Virus genome (UHGV): UHGV-0229283
Source: a virus
Length of the DNA stretch: 64,000 nt
Reading direction: 5' to 3' (one strand)
The translations under genes and the position numbers were made by a program. Under the pieces are notes generated by a model, which saw only the letters and a program-made list of their open reading frames with translations, was not told where the DNA came from and did not search any database. Shown piece by piece: positions 1 to 9,710 of this stretch. How positions within the stretch are numbered: the stretch's first letter is position 1; each line of letters starts with the position of its first letter.

Positions 1-111
1 AAGATCCTTGGGGAAGATACCAGTCGCTCCGGTGATGGAATGAAGCAAGGTACTTCTGGTAATGGGACGTCTAAAGTAAGAGATAATTCTGTCTCTAACT
101 TGGATAACTAA
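1..111 (+). CDS. 3' end of an upstream structural gene (C-terminal 36 codons; portal or head morphogenesis protein?)
   Basis: Open frame 1 runs from the window edge to TAA at 109-111, directly upstream of the head module. Confidence 0.3.
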   Translation, partial: KILGEDTSRSGDGMKQGTSGNGTSKVRDNSVSNLDN

Positions 112-175
112 GCAACTCACTGAAATAACTTGCAAAAGAAAATAAACGGTGTTAAAATAACTATCAACGGGGAAA

Positions 176-805
176 ATGATGAAATACTCAAGTATTGCTG
201 ACCTTCCTGCATCAGTATCGAATCTGTCTCTCATTCAGAAGAGCAAGGTGCTGGTTCTCGCAAATGGCCTGATTGATTCAGGCCTATCTCCTGAAGCCGC
301 TATTGAGAAAGCATCTAAAGATGTACTCCATGTAGGGCTGAAGAAGACAGCAATTCAAAAGAATGCCAAGCCTGTATCTGTTGTCAAAGATGCTGGAGAA
401 CAAATGATTTCTTACGAAGTCATTTATGAACCAAACACTAGGGATGCCCACGGTGAATGGATGTCTCCAGAGACAATCGTCAAAGGTAAGGAAAGTTTCG
501 ATGCTGCGCGAGCGGCTGGTCTTGTTAAAGAGAACCTGTTCCACATTGTCGAGACTGATGCCTTTACCATCGAGAAGACTTGGATTCAAGAAGAGTTTGA
601 TGTCGTGGTTATCGGTAGCGAGCAAATCATTAAAGCTGGCACCTGGGTAGCTAAGGTTAAATACAATGATCCTGAACTGTGGCTCTTGAAAAAGGCCAAC
701 GCTGTCGGTGGACTGAGCATTCAATGCTCTGGCTACACAGACAAGGAGACTGGTGAAATCACCGGACTCGATTTCGGGATTGAGATTGCCGAGGAAAACG
801 AATGA
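176..805 (+). CDS. putative prohead maturation protease (HK97 U35/S78-like)
   Basis: NLFHIVE (candidate catalytic His) and GGLSIQCSG (candidate Ser) resemble the LWxHD and GLSIGF motifs of HK97-type proteases. It sits just before the scaffold and capsid genes. RBS GGGGAAAA lies upstream. Confidence 0.45.
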   Translation: MMKYSSIADLPASVSNLSLIQKSKVLVLANGLIDSGLSPEAAIEKASKDVLHVGLKKTAIQKNAKPVSVVKDAGEQMISYEVIYEPNTRDAHGEWMSPETIVKGKESFDAARAAGLVKENLFHIVETDAFTIEKTWIQEEFDVVVIGSEQIIKAGTWVAKVKYNDPELWLLKKANAVGGLSIQCSGYTDKETGEITGLDFGIEIAEENE

Positions 806-1797
806 GCGCACTCGTAGTCAAGGCCAAAACTATTAAGGATAAGGGTATCGCACTCTGCCACGAGAGTCAAGGTTATTCTGCAAATATGCGTCCGGTTAGT
901 CTTCTGATGAAGTCTGACCTTGCACCTGAACAGATTACCAAAGACGTGGTTAAGGCACTTCGCCAAGTTACTGTCGATATGAGCTTTGAAGAATTCCTTC
1001 GTCGCTTCTTCGATATGTGGAGTAGTGATGCTGAACTCCTTGCCAAACTTTTGGGCTTCGAAACAGAACTGGAAAACGCTGCTGCTGAAAATCCTGATGA
1101 TGAATGGCTGCAACGTTGGAATGATGATAACCAAGAATGGTTAGAATCGAAGATGGAGTCCATCTCTATCGCCAAAGCTGCAAATGCAGGTGAAGAGCTG
1201 GACCTTGTGAAGCAATATGAACTAATCAAACTCCAACAGATGTTTGAGAAGGGTGTTGCAGAGCACGGTGTCATTTTTGATGCCAAAGACACTCAGGAGA
1301 CTGAGGTCATCAAGGACGCTGCTAAACCAGACGTACCTGTTCAAAATACAATTGAAAACAAGGAGACCTCTGTGTCCGATACTGTTGATGTAACCAAATC
1401 CCAGGAGTACCTGGACCTGGTTAAAAAGCTTGAAGAAGCTAATGCAAAAAATGCCCAAGCAGAACTGATTATCAAGGCTGCTGTTGAAGCAGAAAAGAAA
1501 AATGCTCTTACAAAAGCCAAAGGTTTTACTTTTGCCGCTGAAGAAGACCATGAATCTCTTGCTGACTTCATCATTGAAAAAGCTAACGCCCCAGTGGTAG
1601 CTCTTCTGGAAAAAGCCCAAGCTCGTATTAGCGAACTGGAAACAGAAGTTGAAACTGTGAAGAAAGAGTTCGGTACTCAGGAAAATGGTATCAACCAAGA
1701 GGTTGTTACTGAAGACCTAGCTAAGTCCGCCGAAGATGTTCTTAAAGCTAACGTGCAGAAAGCTCTAGAAGCTGCTCGCGCTCGCAAAACTGCCTAA
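802..1797 (+). CDS. scaffolding protein
   Basis: 331 aa, strongly Ala/Glu/Lys-rich, predicted coiled coil. ATGA overlap with the protease gene. It lies immediately upstream of the decoration and capsid genes. Confidence 0.55.
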   Translation: MSALVVKAKTIKDKGIALCHESQGYSANMRPVSLLMKSDLAPEQITKDVVKALRQVTVDMSFEEFLRRFFDMWSSDAELLAKLLGFETELENAAAENPDDEWLQRWNDDNQEWLESKMESISIAKAANAGEELDLVKQYELIKLQQMFEKGVAEHGVIFDAKDTQETEVIKDAAKPDVPVQNTIENKETSVSDTVDVTKSQEYLDLVKKLEEANAKNAQAELIIKAAVEAEKKNALTKAKGFTFAAEEDHESLADFIIEKANAPVVALLEKAQARISELETEVETVKKEFGTQENGINQEVVTEDLAKSAEDVLKANVQKALEAARARKTA

Positions 1798-1816
1798 TAT
1801 CGAGGAGATAATATAA

Positions 1817-2239
1817 ATGGCTAATCCGATTCAAGGGTTCTACTCTGACATCGTCCTGGGTAAAGTTGATTCTTCTGATCAGGGCTACAGCTTCCTGGAA
1901 ATGGAAATCACTTATTCCGCAGGGCTGAAGGCCGGTATGATCGTTAAGTCTGATGGTACTCTGGCTGCAACTGCCGACGCTGCAAGCGCATTTGGTGTAA
2001 TCACCGACCGCGACCTGGTGACTTCTTCTTACACCATGCCACGTCCTTTCGTAGTTGGTCAAAAATACAATTTCGTGGTTGCTGTTCGTGGTCTGACCCT
2101 GAACAAATCCAAACTGTTCTTTGCTGACGGTACTACTGCTATCAACGCTGCTGCTATCGCTGCTCTTGAGGCCAAAGGTCTGAAGATCACTGATAAATAT
2201 TACGACGGCTCCGTTGAGATCCCAGTAACGTCTATCTAA
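1817..2239 (+). CDS. putative head decoration / minor capsid protein
   Basis: 140 aa between the scaffold and major capsid genes. Strong RBS GAGGAGA. Beta-rich composition. Confidence 0.35.
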   Translation: MANPIQGFYSDIVLGKVDSSDQGYSFLEMEITYSAGLKAGMIVKSDGTLAATADAASAFGVITDRDLVTSSYTMPRPFVVGQKYNFVVAVRGLTLNKSKLFFADGTTAINAAAIAALEAKGLKITDKYYDGSVEIPVTSI

Positions 2240-2259
2240 TCTACACCAAGGAGAAAATA

Positions 2260-3273
2260 ATGGCAGTAGTACGCACTAATGATTTCCAGATCGTTGACCT
2301 AGGCGCAACTCTGGAAATTGTACCTCGTCAGTACCGTATGATCACCAACATGAACCTTTTCGAGGCTTATCACGGTGTCTCTACTATCGCCCAGATCGAG
2401 CGTGTTGACGAAGTTGTAACCGACTTCCCAGCTCGTCGTCGTCAGGGTGAACGTAACTACGTTGGTACTGAAAAGGCCCAACTGAAAAACTTCAACATCC
2501 CGTTCTTCCCGCTGGATCGTCAGATCACTCCGGCAGACGTACAGAACTTCCGTAAATATTTCACTGCGGACGCTCCTAAATCTGTACAGGATGTAGTTGA
2601 ACGCGTTGTTCGTCGTATCCGTATTTCTCATGAACAGCTTAAAGAAAAAGCAATGCTTCAGGCAATCATGGGTAAATCTTGGGCACCGCAGGACCCGACC
2701 GCTCAGTATAACTACTTCACCGAATGGGGTGTTACCCAGGAAGTTGTTAACGTAGATTTCACTGACGTTGCAGTTGACCCGTCTGACCTGCTCGAAAACG
2801 ATGGTCGTGCATTCATCATCGACAACGCGGGTGACAACGGAAACAACTACGACATCGTAGTCCTGGCTTCTCGTAAATGGTTCTCTGCTTTCGTAGGTCA
2901 CCCGCTGATCATGAACGCATACCAATACTACAGTTCCACTCAAGAACCGCTGCGCCGTCGTCTTGGTGACGGACAAGAGAACGCTAACAACCGTTCCTTC
3001 GTTCATAAGAACGTTCTGTACATCGAAGATATCTCCGGCTACATCCCGGACGGTGAAGCTTACATGCTGCCACGCGGTATCGACAACATGTTCCAGATCC
3101 ACTACGCGCCAGCAGACGATGTTCGTGAAGCGAACACTCCGGCACAAGAACTGTACCTGTGGTACAAATCTTCTGCTTACCTGCGTGAAGAGAAGGTTGA
3201 ATCTGAAACCTCCTTCCTGACAGTTAACTGCCGCCCAGAGCTGGTTGTTAAACTGACTGGTACTTTCGCGTAA
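2260..3273 (+). CDS. major capsid protein
   Basis: 337 aa with highly biased, highly expressed-type codon usage and RBS AAGGAGAAAA. Position after the scaffold gene. A strong antisense ORF overlaps it, which is typical of highly expressed capsid genes. Confidence 0.6.
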   Translation: MAVVRTNDFQIVDLGATLEIVPRQYRMITNMNLFEAYHGVSTIAQIERVDEVVTDFPARRRQGERNYVGTEKAQLKNFNIPFFPLDRQITPADVQNFRKYFTADAPKSVQDVVERVVRRIRISHEQLKEKAMLQAIMGKSWAPQDPTAQYNYFTEWGVTQEVVNVDFTDVAVDPSDLLENDGRAFIIDNAGDNGNNYDIVVLASRKWFSAFVGHPLIMNAYQYYSSTQEPLRRRLGDGQENANNRSFVHKNVLYIEDISGYIPDGEAYMLPRGIDNMFQIHYAPADDVREANTPAQELYLWYKSSAYLREEKVESETSFLTVNCRPELVVKLTGTFA

Positions 3274-3391
3274 TATAGCTTAAAGCTACCTCTAAGAGGG
3301 GGAGGTGTTAATCACCTCTCCCTTTTTTCATTTTAAGATTAGCATGGTGATCTTATATGTCAAGAGGTTTATGAGGACCAAAGGAGATTCT

Positions 3392-3922
3392 ATGGCAAAT
3401 CAAAATTATCGCATTTTCCCGAACAAGGTAGAGCTTTTCAAGTTCTTTGGGGCATACATTCCCGAATTGAACATTAGCGCTTCAAGCCGCTTACCCCTAA
3501 ATGGCTTCGTCCTTGGTAAGCAAATGAAGGCTTTTCGTTCTTTCATGGAGTTTTTCCAGGAACTTGCAGACCTATCCGGTCTTCCTGTAGACGCCAAGAC
3601 CTCTACTCTGAGGATGGGCAACTTCATCGTGTTCTTTAACGGGGACATTACACCTCCGTCTGAAGTTAAACCTGTTACGGTTAGACCAAAAGCGGAAGAA
3701 ACCGTTGTTGAACAGGTTGTAGAAGATAATACAGAAATCATTGAGACAGACTCTGTGGACGTAAAGGCACTTCTTGCTGAAGCATCTGCACTGCTTGATG
3801 AAGCCGACAAAAAAGGTAGTAAAGACAAACTTGCTGAATTCGCAGCAAACAAGGGTGTTACCCTGTCGAAGAGCAAGACATTTGAAAATATGTTAGCTGA
3901 CTTCGAATCCGCACTGAAGTAA
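3392..3922 (+). CDS. hypothetical head-associated protein
   Basis: Start reassigned to the ATG at 3392, preceded by RBS AAAGGAGA. The upstream 29 codons of the listed ORF have no RBS. The C-terminus is Lys/Ala/Glu-rich. Confidence 0.4.
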   Translation: MANQNYRIFPNKVELFKFFGAYIPELNISASSRLPLNGFVLGKQMKAFRSFMEFFQELADLSGLPVDAKTSTLRMGNFIVFFNGDITPPSEVKPVTVRPKAEETVVEQVVEDNTEIIETDSVDVKALLAEASALLDEADKKGSKDKLAEFAANKGVTLSKSKTFENMLADFESALK

Positions 3923-3941
3923 TAATCTTAGGAGATTTAAA

Positions 3942-4241
3942 ATGGCAACATCTGGTGTAGCTGGACTGGTCTACGGTACAAAACTGATTGACATTGCAAC
4001 TGGCGGAGTTATTTCCTTCGCTGATGTTATTGCTGCCGCTGGCAGTGGCGGATCTGTGGCATGGGCCGATATTACTGGTAAGCCTACCACTTTTGCTCCC
4101 GTAGCTGCAACCACTTCTGTGGTTGGCGGTGTTAAAATGGCGGCAACACAGGCCAATACGGTTGCGACTGACCTAGCTGGACTGGTTACCGACTTTAATG
4201 CCCTTCTTTCCAAGCTGAAGGCTGCTGGCATTATGGCGTAA
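3942..4241 (+). CDS. small Gly/Ala-rich structural protein with a fibre-like WxDITGKPxTFAP motif
   Basis: 99 aa, RBS TAGGAGA, followed by a strong terminator. The motif W-A-D-I-T-G-K-P-T-T-F-A-P resembles a motif I recall from phage tail-fibre proteins. Confidence 0.4.
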   Translation: MATSGVAGLVYGTKLIDIATGGVISFADVIAAAGSGGSVAWADITGKPTTFAPVAATTSVVGGVKMAATQANTVATDLAGLVTDFNALLSKLKAAGIMA

Positions 4242-4244
4242 TAT

Positions 4245-4270
4245 AAAGGCCCTCCGGGGCCTTATTTTTT
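4245..4270. terminator. bidirectional rho-independent terminator
   Basis: GGCCC-TCCG-GGGCC hairpin followed by ATTTTTTT on the + strand. It sits between convergent genes. Confidence 0.6.
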
Positions 4271-4660
4271 TAGTAGCGGTCTCGCCTCTGGTTTCAAAGA
4301 TACCTGAAGATAAGGTTGTCGGCCATCCTTATAATATTTACAGATGTAAGTTCCTGTTGCAAGAACAGTACCGTTCACTATCCCCATATTTCTCATTACT
4401 TGGAAACTATCTTCTTGTTCTTCCATCTCATCTAACATACCTGTCTGCGTCGTCAGAGTGCCGGGAATGAATGCCTTTCTGAATTCTGTATCGCATTTCA
4501 TCCCAGCAATCCGATGAATGGCCTCTGTTTTTTCTTCAGCCGACAACCAGCTTGAAGAAACATCGTCGAATTTGTTCATATTGGGGTTGGTTTTCATAAA
4601 GTAGATAAGTCCACCCGAGACAACGATGGCTGTGATAACACCTGCTATTACTGCTTTCAT
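4262..4660 (-). CDS. membrane-anchored moron protein (hypothetical)
   Basis: Only minus-strand gene inside the structural module. Start chosen at MKAVIAGVITAIVVSGGLIYF (one N-terminal TM) with RBS GAGGAG. It has its own sigma70-like promoter. Confidence 0.5.
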   Translation of the reverse strand: MKAVIAGVITAIVVSGGLIYFMKTNPNMNKFDDVSSSWLSAEEKTEAIHRIAGMKCDTEFRKAFIPGTLTTQTGMLDEMEEQEDSFQVMRNMGIVNGTVLATGTYICKYYKDGRQPYLQVSLKPEARPLLKK

Positions 4661-4686
4661 GGGATTCTCCTCAATAATTTTCTTTG

Positions 4687-4714
4687 AGAATAGCATCCTG
4701 TCACATGATGTCAA
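4687..4714 (-). promoter_or_regulatory. sigma70-like promoter for the moron gene
   Basis: Minus-strand TTGACA (4709-4714), a 16-nt spacer, then TATTCT (4687-4692). A divergent + strand promoter (TTGATG...TAAGAT) is in the same gap. Confidence 0.4.
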
Positions 4715-4784
4715 GTGTTTTTGATGACAAAATCGACGTTCTATGATAAGATATTGATAAATAGAAGAGCTTGAAGGAGCGAAA

Positions 4785-5303
4785 ATGACAGACCAAGAAA
4801 TTGTTGCTTATATCCGCCTGCTCCTTGGGTCCATTTCCCCGGAAGTCTTACCCGACGAGATTATCCTTGCCTTTTTGGCAATAGAGAAATCAAAGGCTAA
4901 TTACCCCGGTGATGATAACACGCCATGCACTGTTTACTACGTTATTTACAATACTCTTGTTGACGTGGTACGTTGGTTGATTCTTCAGGAAGTGAACACA
5001 GGAGAGGCATCGATCACGGATCGCCTTGAAAAGATTGGTGATGAAACTATCCAGATCAAAGGTGGATCTCCTTATCAGAATTGGAAAGACTTCCTCGACT
5101 GGCTGCTTGAAAACCCTGACTATGTCAATGATTGCTTAAGTGCGGTCAGAGGCCTTGTTATCGTTGGGGGAGTTCGTGAAGACGAGTTCAACCGTGTTAA
5201 ATACGACAGAAACTCCCGTGGACCTTTCGATGTTGGAGGTATAATTCCACAGACTGGTGTTCCAGGAATTCCTCGTCGATACCCTCGCCGTTGGCCTTGC
5301 TAA
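4785..5303 (+). CDS. hypothetical head-tail connector / adaptor protein
   Basis: 172 aa with RBS GAAGGAG. Position between the head and tail genes. Confidence 0.35.
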   Translation: MTDQEIVAYIRLLLGSISPEVLPDEIILAFLAIEKSKANYPGDDNTPCTVYYVIYNTLVDVVRWLILQEVNTGEASITDRLEKIGDETIQIKGGSPYQNWKDFLDWLLENPDYVNDCLSAVRGLVIVGGVREDEFNRVKYDRNSRGPFDVGGIIPQTGVPGIPRRYPRRWPC

Positions 5304-5368
5304 CTATCCAAACCTTTATCGTTGATTTTGCTAAGATAATGTGGTAAAATACCTAAACGGATGCAGTC

Positions 5369-5842
5369 ATGAGACCAAATTTCACAAGTACGCAAGATCT
5401 TAGCCAGCTGATGAACTTCTTTAATGTGGTTAAGAAGCTGGAGGATCGTCAGGTAAGCTATGGCTTTTTCGACGATCCTCACTATTCCGGCCTGAATACT
5501 GCAACTCTTGCAGCGATTCATCAAGAGGGTTGGAATAACCTCCCGGCTCGTACTTTCATGACCAGCGCGGGTGTTCTTTTCCAGAAAGAACTTAAAAAAT
5601 TTCAGATCGACCTCTTTGGTCAATTGGCTGCGGGAGCGCAAGACCCGACTCCAGTCCTGAAACAAATCGGTCAAGCAGGTGCAGAAAAGATTCGGTATGT
5701 CATCGAAGGTGGTCTGTTCCCTAATAACATCGTATCTGATGCATGGGCTGATGTCAAAGGATTTAAAGAGGCCATGTTCCACTACGGCGACCTGAAGTCA
5801 TCTGCAACCTATAAGATTTCCACTGGGAAGGGGACTAAATGA
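5369..5842 (+). CDS. hypothetical head-tail joining protein
   Basis: 157 aa. Position. ATGA overlap with the next gene. Confidence 0.35.
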   Translation: MRPNFTSTQDLSQLMNFFNVVKKLEDRQVSYGFFDDPHYSGLNTATLAAIHQEGWNNLPARTFMTSAGVLFQKELKKFQIDLFGQLAAGAQDPTPVLKQIGQAGAEKIRYVIEGGLFPNNIVSDAWADVKGFKEAMFHYGDLKSSATYKISTGKGTK

Positions 5843-6276
5843 CACCAGGCTACAGATTAATAGGCAGGAATAAGCTGATTCCGAGAAAGACTTTCATCGG
5901 GAGACATCGTACTTTTTCCCAGCCAGACCCAAGCAATCCATTCGAAAACCAAGAGATCGCTATTCAGTATGAAGAGTTCGATGTCTTGGAATGCGTTGTT
6001 CAGCCTCTGACAGGCAAGGCAGCAAGAGACTACACTTCTCAGTTGACCGAGGCTGGCGGCAGACAGTATGATTCATTCACTGTATATTCGTCAACTCTTC
6101 TTAAAGGTCCTGTCGAAGGTTCTTTCCTGCTAGCAGACCAAATCCAGCTCATGAATTCCCGTGGGGAAATGGAATGGTTTACTGTTATCAAGTCTGATCC
6201 GTATCAGACGACAGGGGTTAGCCGTTACAGAGCGTATGTGATCTCTACGCCTGCGGGGACAGAAGGAGGCCTATGA
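5839..6276 (+). CDS. hypothetical tail completion protein
   Basis: 145 aa, translationally coupled to its neighbours. Confidence 0.35.
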   Translation: MTPGYRLIGRNKLIPRKTFIGRHRTFSQPDPSNPFENQEIAIQYEEFDVLECVVQPLTGKAARDYTSQLTEAGGRQYDSFTVYSSTLLKGPVEGSFLLADQIQLMNSRGEMEWFTVIKSDPYQTTGVSRYRAYVISTPAGTEGGL

Positions 6277-6818
6277 TGGCAGACTTCGTAACAAACTCCG
6301 ATGATATTTTTGACGCCCTCGCAGTTACGCTCGCCAGATTTTGCAAAGAAGTCACGGGGAGAAAAATAATTGACGGGGACGGAGACGTCATATCCAAGGT
6401 AGAGGGTGAGTTCATCATGCTCAACCAAGTTACCGCTGACCAGATGGACTGGGCTGCGAACGAGTGGGTAGATGAGAGCGGTAACGCTGTAATAACTCAC
6501 AACTACGAGGTGGTTTACAACCTGACAGCATTTCGAGGAAAAGCATCAAATGCATTAACTCGGATTCTACAGGCCTTGAGCCTCCCCTACATCTGCGACA
6601 AGTATTTTCCAACCAATTCCCCATTTGCATATTCTTCTTCCTCAACGGTATCGCGCCAGAGAGTTCCGTTGAACATGCAAACCTTCGAAAACCGTGCAAC
6701 TGTACTTATCACTTTTAACGTCTGCGTTGGAGTGACAGATACAGGAGCTTTCGAGGATATCGAGAGGGTGAATGCAGAGATGGTTTATTACTATCCGGCT
6801 CCAGATGATCAACAATAA
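6273..6818 (+). CDS. hypothetical tail completion / sheath stabiliser protein
   Basis: 181 aa, translationally coupled, immediately upstream of the sheath gene. Confidence 0.35.
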   Translation: MMADFVTNSDDIFDALAVTLARFCKEVTGRKIIDGDGDVISKVEGEFIMLNQVTADQMDWAANEWVDESGNAVITHNYEVVYNLTAFRGKASNALTRILQALSLPYICDKYFPTNSPFAYSSSSTVSRQRVPLNMQTFENRATVLITFNVCVGVTDTGAFEDIERVNAEMVYYYPAPDDQQ

Positions 6819-6850
6819 CTTTATGAAAGAAATAGAAGAAGAGGAAATCA

Positions 6851-8347
6851 ATGGCTTATAATGATAAGGTTGTTGACGTAACGGTTGTTCTCGGGACACA
6901 ACCAATCGACACCGTAGGGTTTGAAACCCCTCTATTTATCGCAATTCACAACGTTTTCCCAGAACGAGTACGTACATATACAGATCTGGATGAACTCGCT
7001 GCTGATGGTTTCGCTGTAGGTTCCCCTGCGTATACTTTTGCGACAAAAGCCTTTGCTGGGACTTTCCGCCCCCAAGCGCTTATGATCGGAAGGCAAGCAT
7101 GGGAATCAACAGTTATCGATTTCACAGGGCAGACTAACGTAGATCCTAATAACCCAGTAAGTTTCAACGTTGCAGCAGGTGCGTATACTAAAAGCATCGT
7201 TATTCCTGTTACTACCGCATCTACACCAGAGAGTATTGCAACAGCCCTGGCATCTGCAATCAACTCCGATACCACGCTTAATGTAATTGTCGGTGCAGTA
7301 GCTACAACTGGTGTTGTAACAATCACTCCGAAAGGTGATGGCTCTCTGCTAGCTACTAACAATGATGAGGTGGTTACAACCGAATCTGACCAAGGCATCA
7401 TGGCAACATCTTCTGATGTTATCGGCGAGCCGTTTAGCATCGGTGTTGACTCCGGTGATTGCACACTGACTAACAACTCAACTGAGACTGTAAGCGGTGT
7501 TCTACCACAGGTAGAAACTGCAAACAGCAACTGGTACTTCCTGAGCACAGAACAACATGTTTCTTCTGCAATTCTGGGAGCTGCCGCTTATGCTGCTGCT
7601 AACTATAAGCTTCACGTCTATTCAACATCCGATCCGCTGTCAAAAGTTGTCGACGGAGATTCTATTGCTAATCAACTGAAAGCACTTCAGTATGATACTA
7701 GCATTGGTATGTATGACCCGCTTGCTGATAGTGCATTCCCTGAAGGTGGTATCATCGGTGCAATGGCATCTAATGACCCATCCTATGGTGACTCAATCCA
7801 CCTGAAGACAATGCCGGGTGTTATTGCTCCGACCCTGAGTTCTTCTGAGCGTCCAGCTATCTGGGGCCAGAACCTGAACTTCTATCGTATGATTAATGGT
7901 GTCGGCGCATTCTGGGAAGGTAAGTGTGCCTCCGGTCAGTATGTCGATGTTGTCCGTTTTGGTCACTGGCTGAAGTTCAGAAGTGAAGAAAGTATCTTCG
8001 CCTACATGTCTCGCCGTTCTAATCTTGGCCTGTCCATGAAAATGAGCGATGATGATCTGCCGAACCTGAAGTCAGTCCTGATGAACAGTCCTCTGAATGT
8101 CGGTATTACCAACGGCTCTATTCTGACCGGGTATGATTCCGTCAACAAAGTGTTCTACGATCCGGTTGTAACAATCCCGCTTCGTGCAAACATACCATCT
8201 AATGATCTGGCATCTCGTACTCTTAACAACGTTAAGGTAGAGCTAGTCTACAACAGCGCCCTGCATTTCGTCAAGATCCGCATCTCTGTTCTGCTAGACA
8301 AAACCGGGTCTACTTCTTCCAGCGGACAAGTAACAGCAGGAGTGTAA
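6851..8347 (+). CDS. tail sheath protein
   Basis: 498 aa. The N-terminal VVDVTVV...PLFIA region resembles sheath N-termini. It is followed by a 157-aa tube gene, the chaperones and the tape measure, which is the canonical contractile-tail order. Confidence 0.5.
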   Translation: MAYNDKVVDVTVVLGTQPIDTVGFETPLFIAIHNVFPERVRTYTDLDELAADGFAVGSPAYTFATKAFAGTFRPQALMIGRQAWESTVIDFTGQTNVDPNNPVSFNVAAGAYTKSIVIPVTTASTPESIATALASAINSDTTLNVIVGAVATTGVVTITPKGDGSLLATNNDEVVTTESDQGIMATSSDVIGEPFSIGVDSGDCTLTNNSTETVSGVLPQVETANSNWYFLSTEQHVSSAILGAAAYAAANYKLHVYSTSDPLSKVVDGDSIANQLKALQYDTSIGMYDPLADSAFPEGGIIGAMASNDPSYGDSIHLKTMPGVIAPTLSSSERPAIWGQNLNFYRMINGVGAFWEGKCASGQYVDVVRFGHWLKFRSEESIFAYMSRRSNLGLSMKMSDDDLPNLKSVLMNSPLNVGITNGSILTGYDSVNKVFYDPVVTIPLRANIPSNDLASRTLNNVKVELVYNSALHFVKIRISVLLDKTGSTSSSGQVTAGV

Positions 8348-8350
8348 TAA

Positions 8351-8824
8351 ATGGATACTAGAATTTTAACCCCGTATGCTTACGACCCACAGAAAGCGCG
8401 TCTCTATATGATGACTCAGCGCGTCACTGGGTTCGCAGCAGATACCAAGATCGTCGTTGCTCGCAACGAAGATAACATCATCCCCCACATGGGGGTTGAT
8501 GGTGAACTGTCAGCAGCGCTGTCTCGTAACCAATCTGGTGTCCTGACGGTCTCTCTACAGAACACTTCGGTATGGAACGGATACTTGGCTAACTGGCAGA
8601 AACAAGCTTCCATCACTGGCCTGATTTTCTTCCCTGTCCTTCTTGAAGGCTCCCAAGGTATGGGTCTGAGCACAGTTGGTTGGATTCAGAAACAGCCTGA
8701 CCTGACCTACGGTACTGAAGTGGGCCAGATGGATTGGGAAATCGGAATCCTGGATGCATGGTTAAGCCCAGATACTCTGTACGCTACAGGCTTCGGTCTG
8801 GCTGGCCTTGCAGGTATCGTCTAA
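8351..8824 (+). CDS. tail tube protein
   Basis: 157 aa, directly after the sheath gene and before the G/GT chaperone. Confidence 0.45.
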   Translation: MDTRILTPYAYDPQKARLYMMTQRVTGFAADTKIVVARNEDNIIPHMGVDGELSAALSRNQSGVLTVSLQNTSVWNGYLANWQKQASITGLIFFPVLLEGSQGMGLSTVGWIQKQPDLTYGTEVGQMDWEIGILDAWLSPDTLYATGFGLAGLAGIV

Positions 8825-8905
8825 TAGCGTTTCGTGTGCCACAAGGATGTGGCCTTTTCAAACACGCATGGATATAACAACCTTAAAAGACGCAGGAGCG
8901 TACAC

Positions 8906-9385
8906 ATGATGAATTTTAGACCTACCACAGAAATAGATCTGGCTGGTAAGAACTTTGTAATCACACACTGGTCTCCGTCCAAGGTTATGAAAAACCTTCC
9001 GAAGATTGGTCGTTATATCGCAGTTCCAATGGCTACTATTAGTGGTGCATTGTTTACCGGAGGGTCTAACCTCTCTGAAGCACTACCTACCGCAATTCTA
9101 TACCTGTTTGAGCAGATGGAGCAAGATGATATCGAAAAACTATTCGAACTCATCCTTGAAGATGTGTCTGTGAACGGAATGGCTGGCAAGATTGATATTG
9201 ATACGGTCTTCCAGGATAAGATGTTGGACCTGATCAAATTGGTAGCGGAGGTTCTGAAGATTAACTACGGCTGTTTTTTCACGAAAGACGGTTTCGCAGA
9301 CCTTCAGGGACTTCTGGGCAACTTCGGGATGGTTCACCAAGTGGCGACGGTGGATCAGGAACCGACGGAAGTGGCAGCGGAGTAA
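8906..9385 (+). CDS. tail assembly chaperone (gpG-like)
   Basis: Start set at the ATG at 8906 with RBS AGGAGCG. The gene lies between tube and tape measure. A TTTTTTC slippery heptamer near its 3' end leads into a -1 frame extension. Confidence 0.5.
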   Translation: MMNFRPTTEIDLAGKNFVITHWSPSKVMKNLPKIGRYIAVPMATISGALFTGGSNLSEALPTAILYLFEQMEQDDIEKLFELILEDVSVNGMAGKIDIDTVFQDKMLDLIKLVAEVLKINYGCFFTKDGFADLQGLLGNFGMVHQVATVDQEPTEVAAE

Positions 9386-9660
9386 CACCGTCCAAAATTT
9401 CTAAAGTCGTCCAAAGAGCTATTGATTATGCAAGAAAAAATAGTTCCCTGACGTGGTTCGACTATCTCTGGTGCCGTGCTCTGAAGAACTTTAAGGGAGA
9501 GTCTTATATCTCCCTTGAGTCTGCCGATATGGAATATTTGCTCAAGCTCAATGAGTATCTCGATGTCGAAGATTTCATAAACGATGTCCATGAGAAAGAA
9601 GAGAAATCGAGAGCAGACGCCGAAGCAGCTAAACCCCGAAGCAAAGGCAGAAGAGGTTAA
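8906..9660 (+). CDS. tail assembly chaperone G-T fusion made by a -1 programmed frameshift
   Basis: The -1 frame is open from 9265 to the TAA at 9658-9660. Slippery T TTT TTC lies at 9274-9280 in the G frame (tgT TTT TTC). This is the classic gpG/gpGT arrangement upstream of the tape measure. Confidence 0.45.
9274..9280 (+). other. -1 ribosomal frameshift slippery heptamer TTTTTTC
   Basis: X XXY YYZ heptamer in the zero frame of the chaperone gene. The downstream -1 frame stays open for 127 codons. Confidence 0.45.
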
Positions 9661-9665
9661 TCTCA

Positions 9666-9699
9666 AGCCAGGTTCCTTTTCAGGAGCCTGGCTTTTTTA
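9666..9699 (+). terminator. rho-independent terminator/attenuator before the tape-measure gene
   Basis: AGCCAGGTTCC...GGAGCCTGGCT hairpin followed by TTTTTTATT. Confidence 0.5.
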
Positions 9700-9710
9700 T
9701 TGAGGAAATT

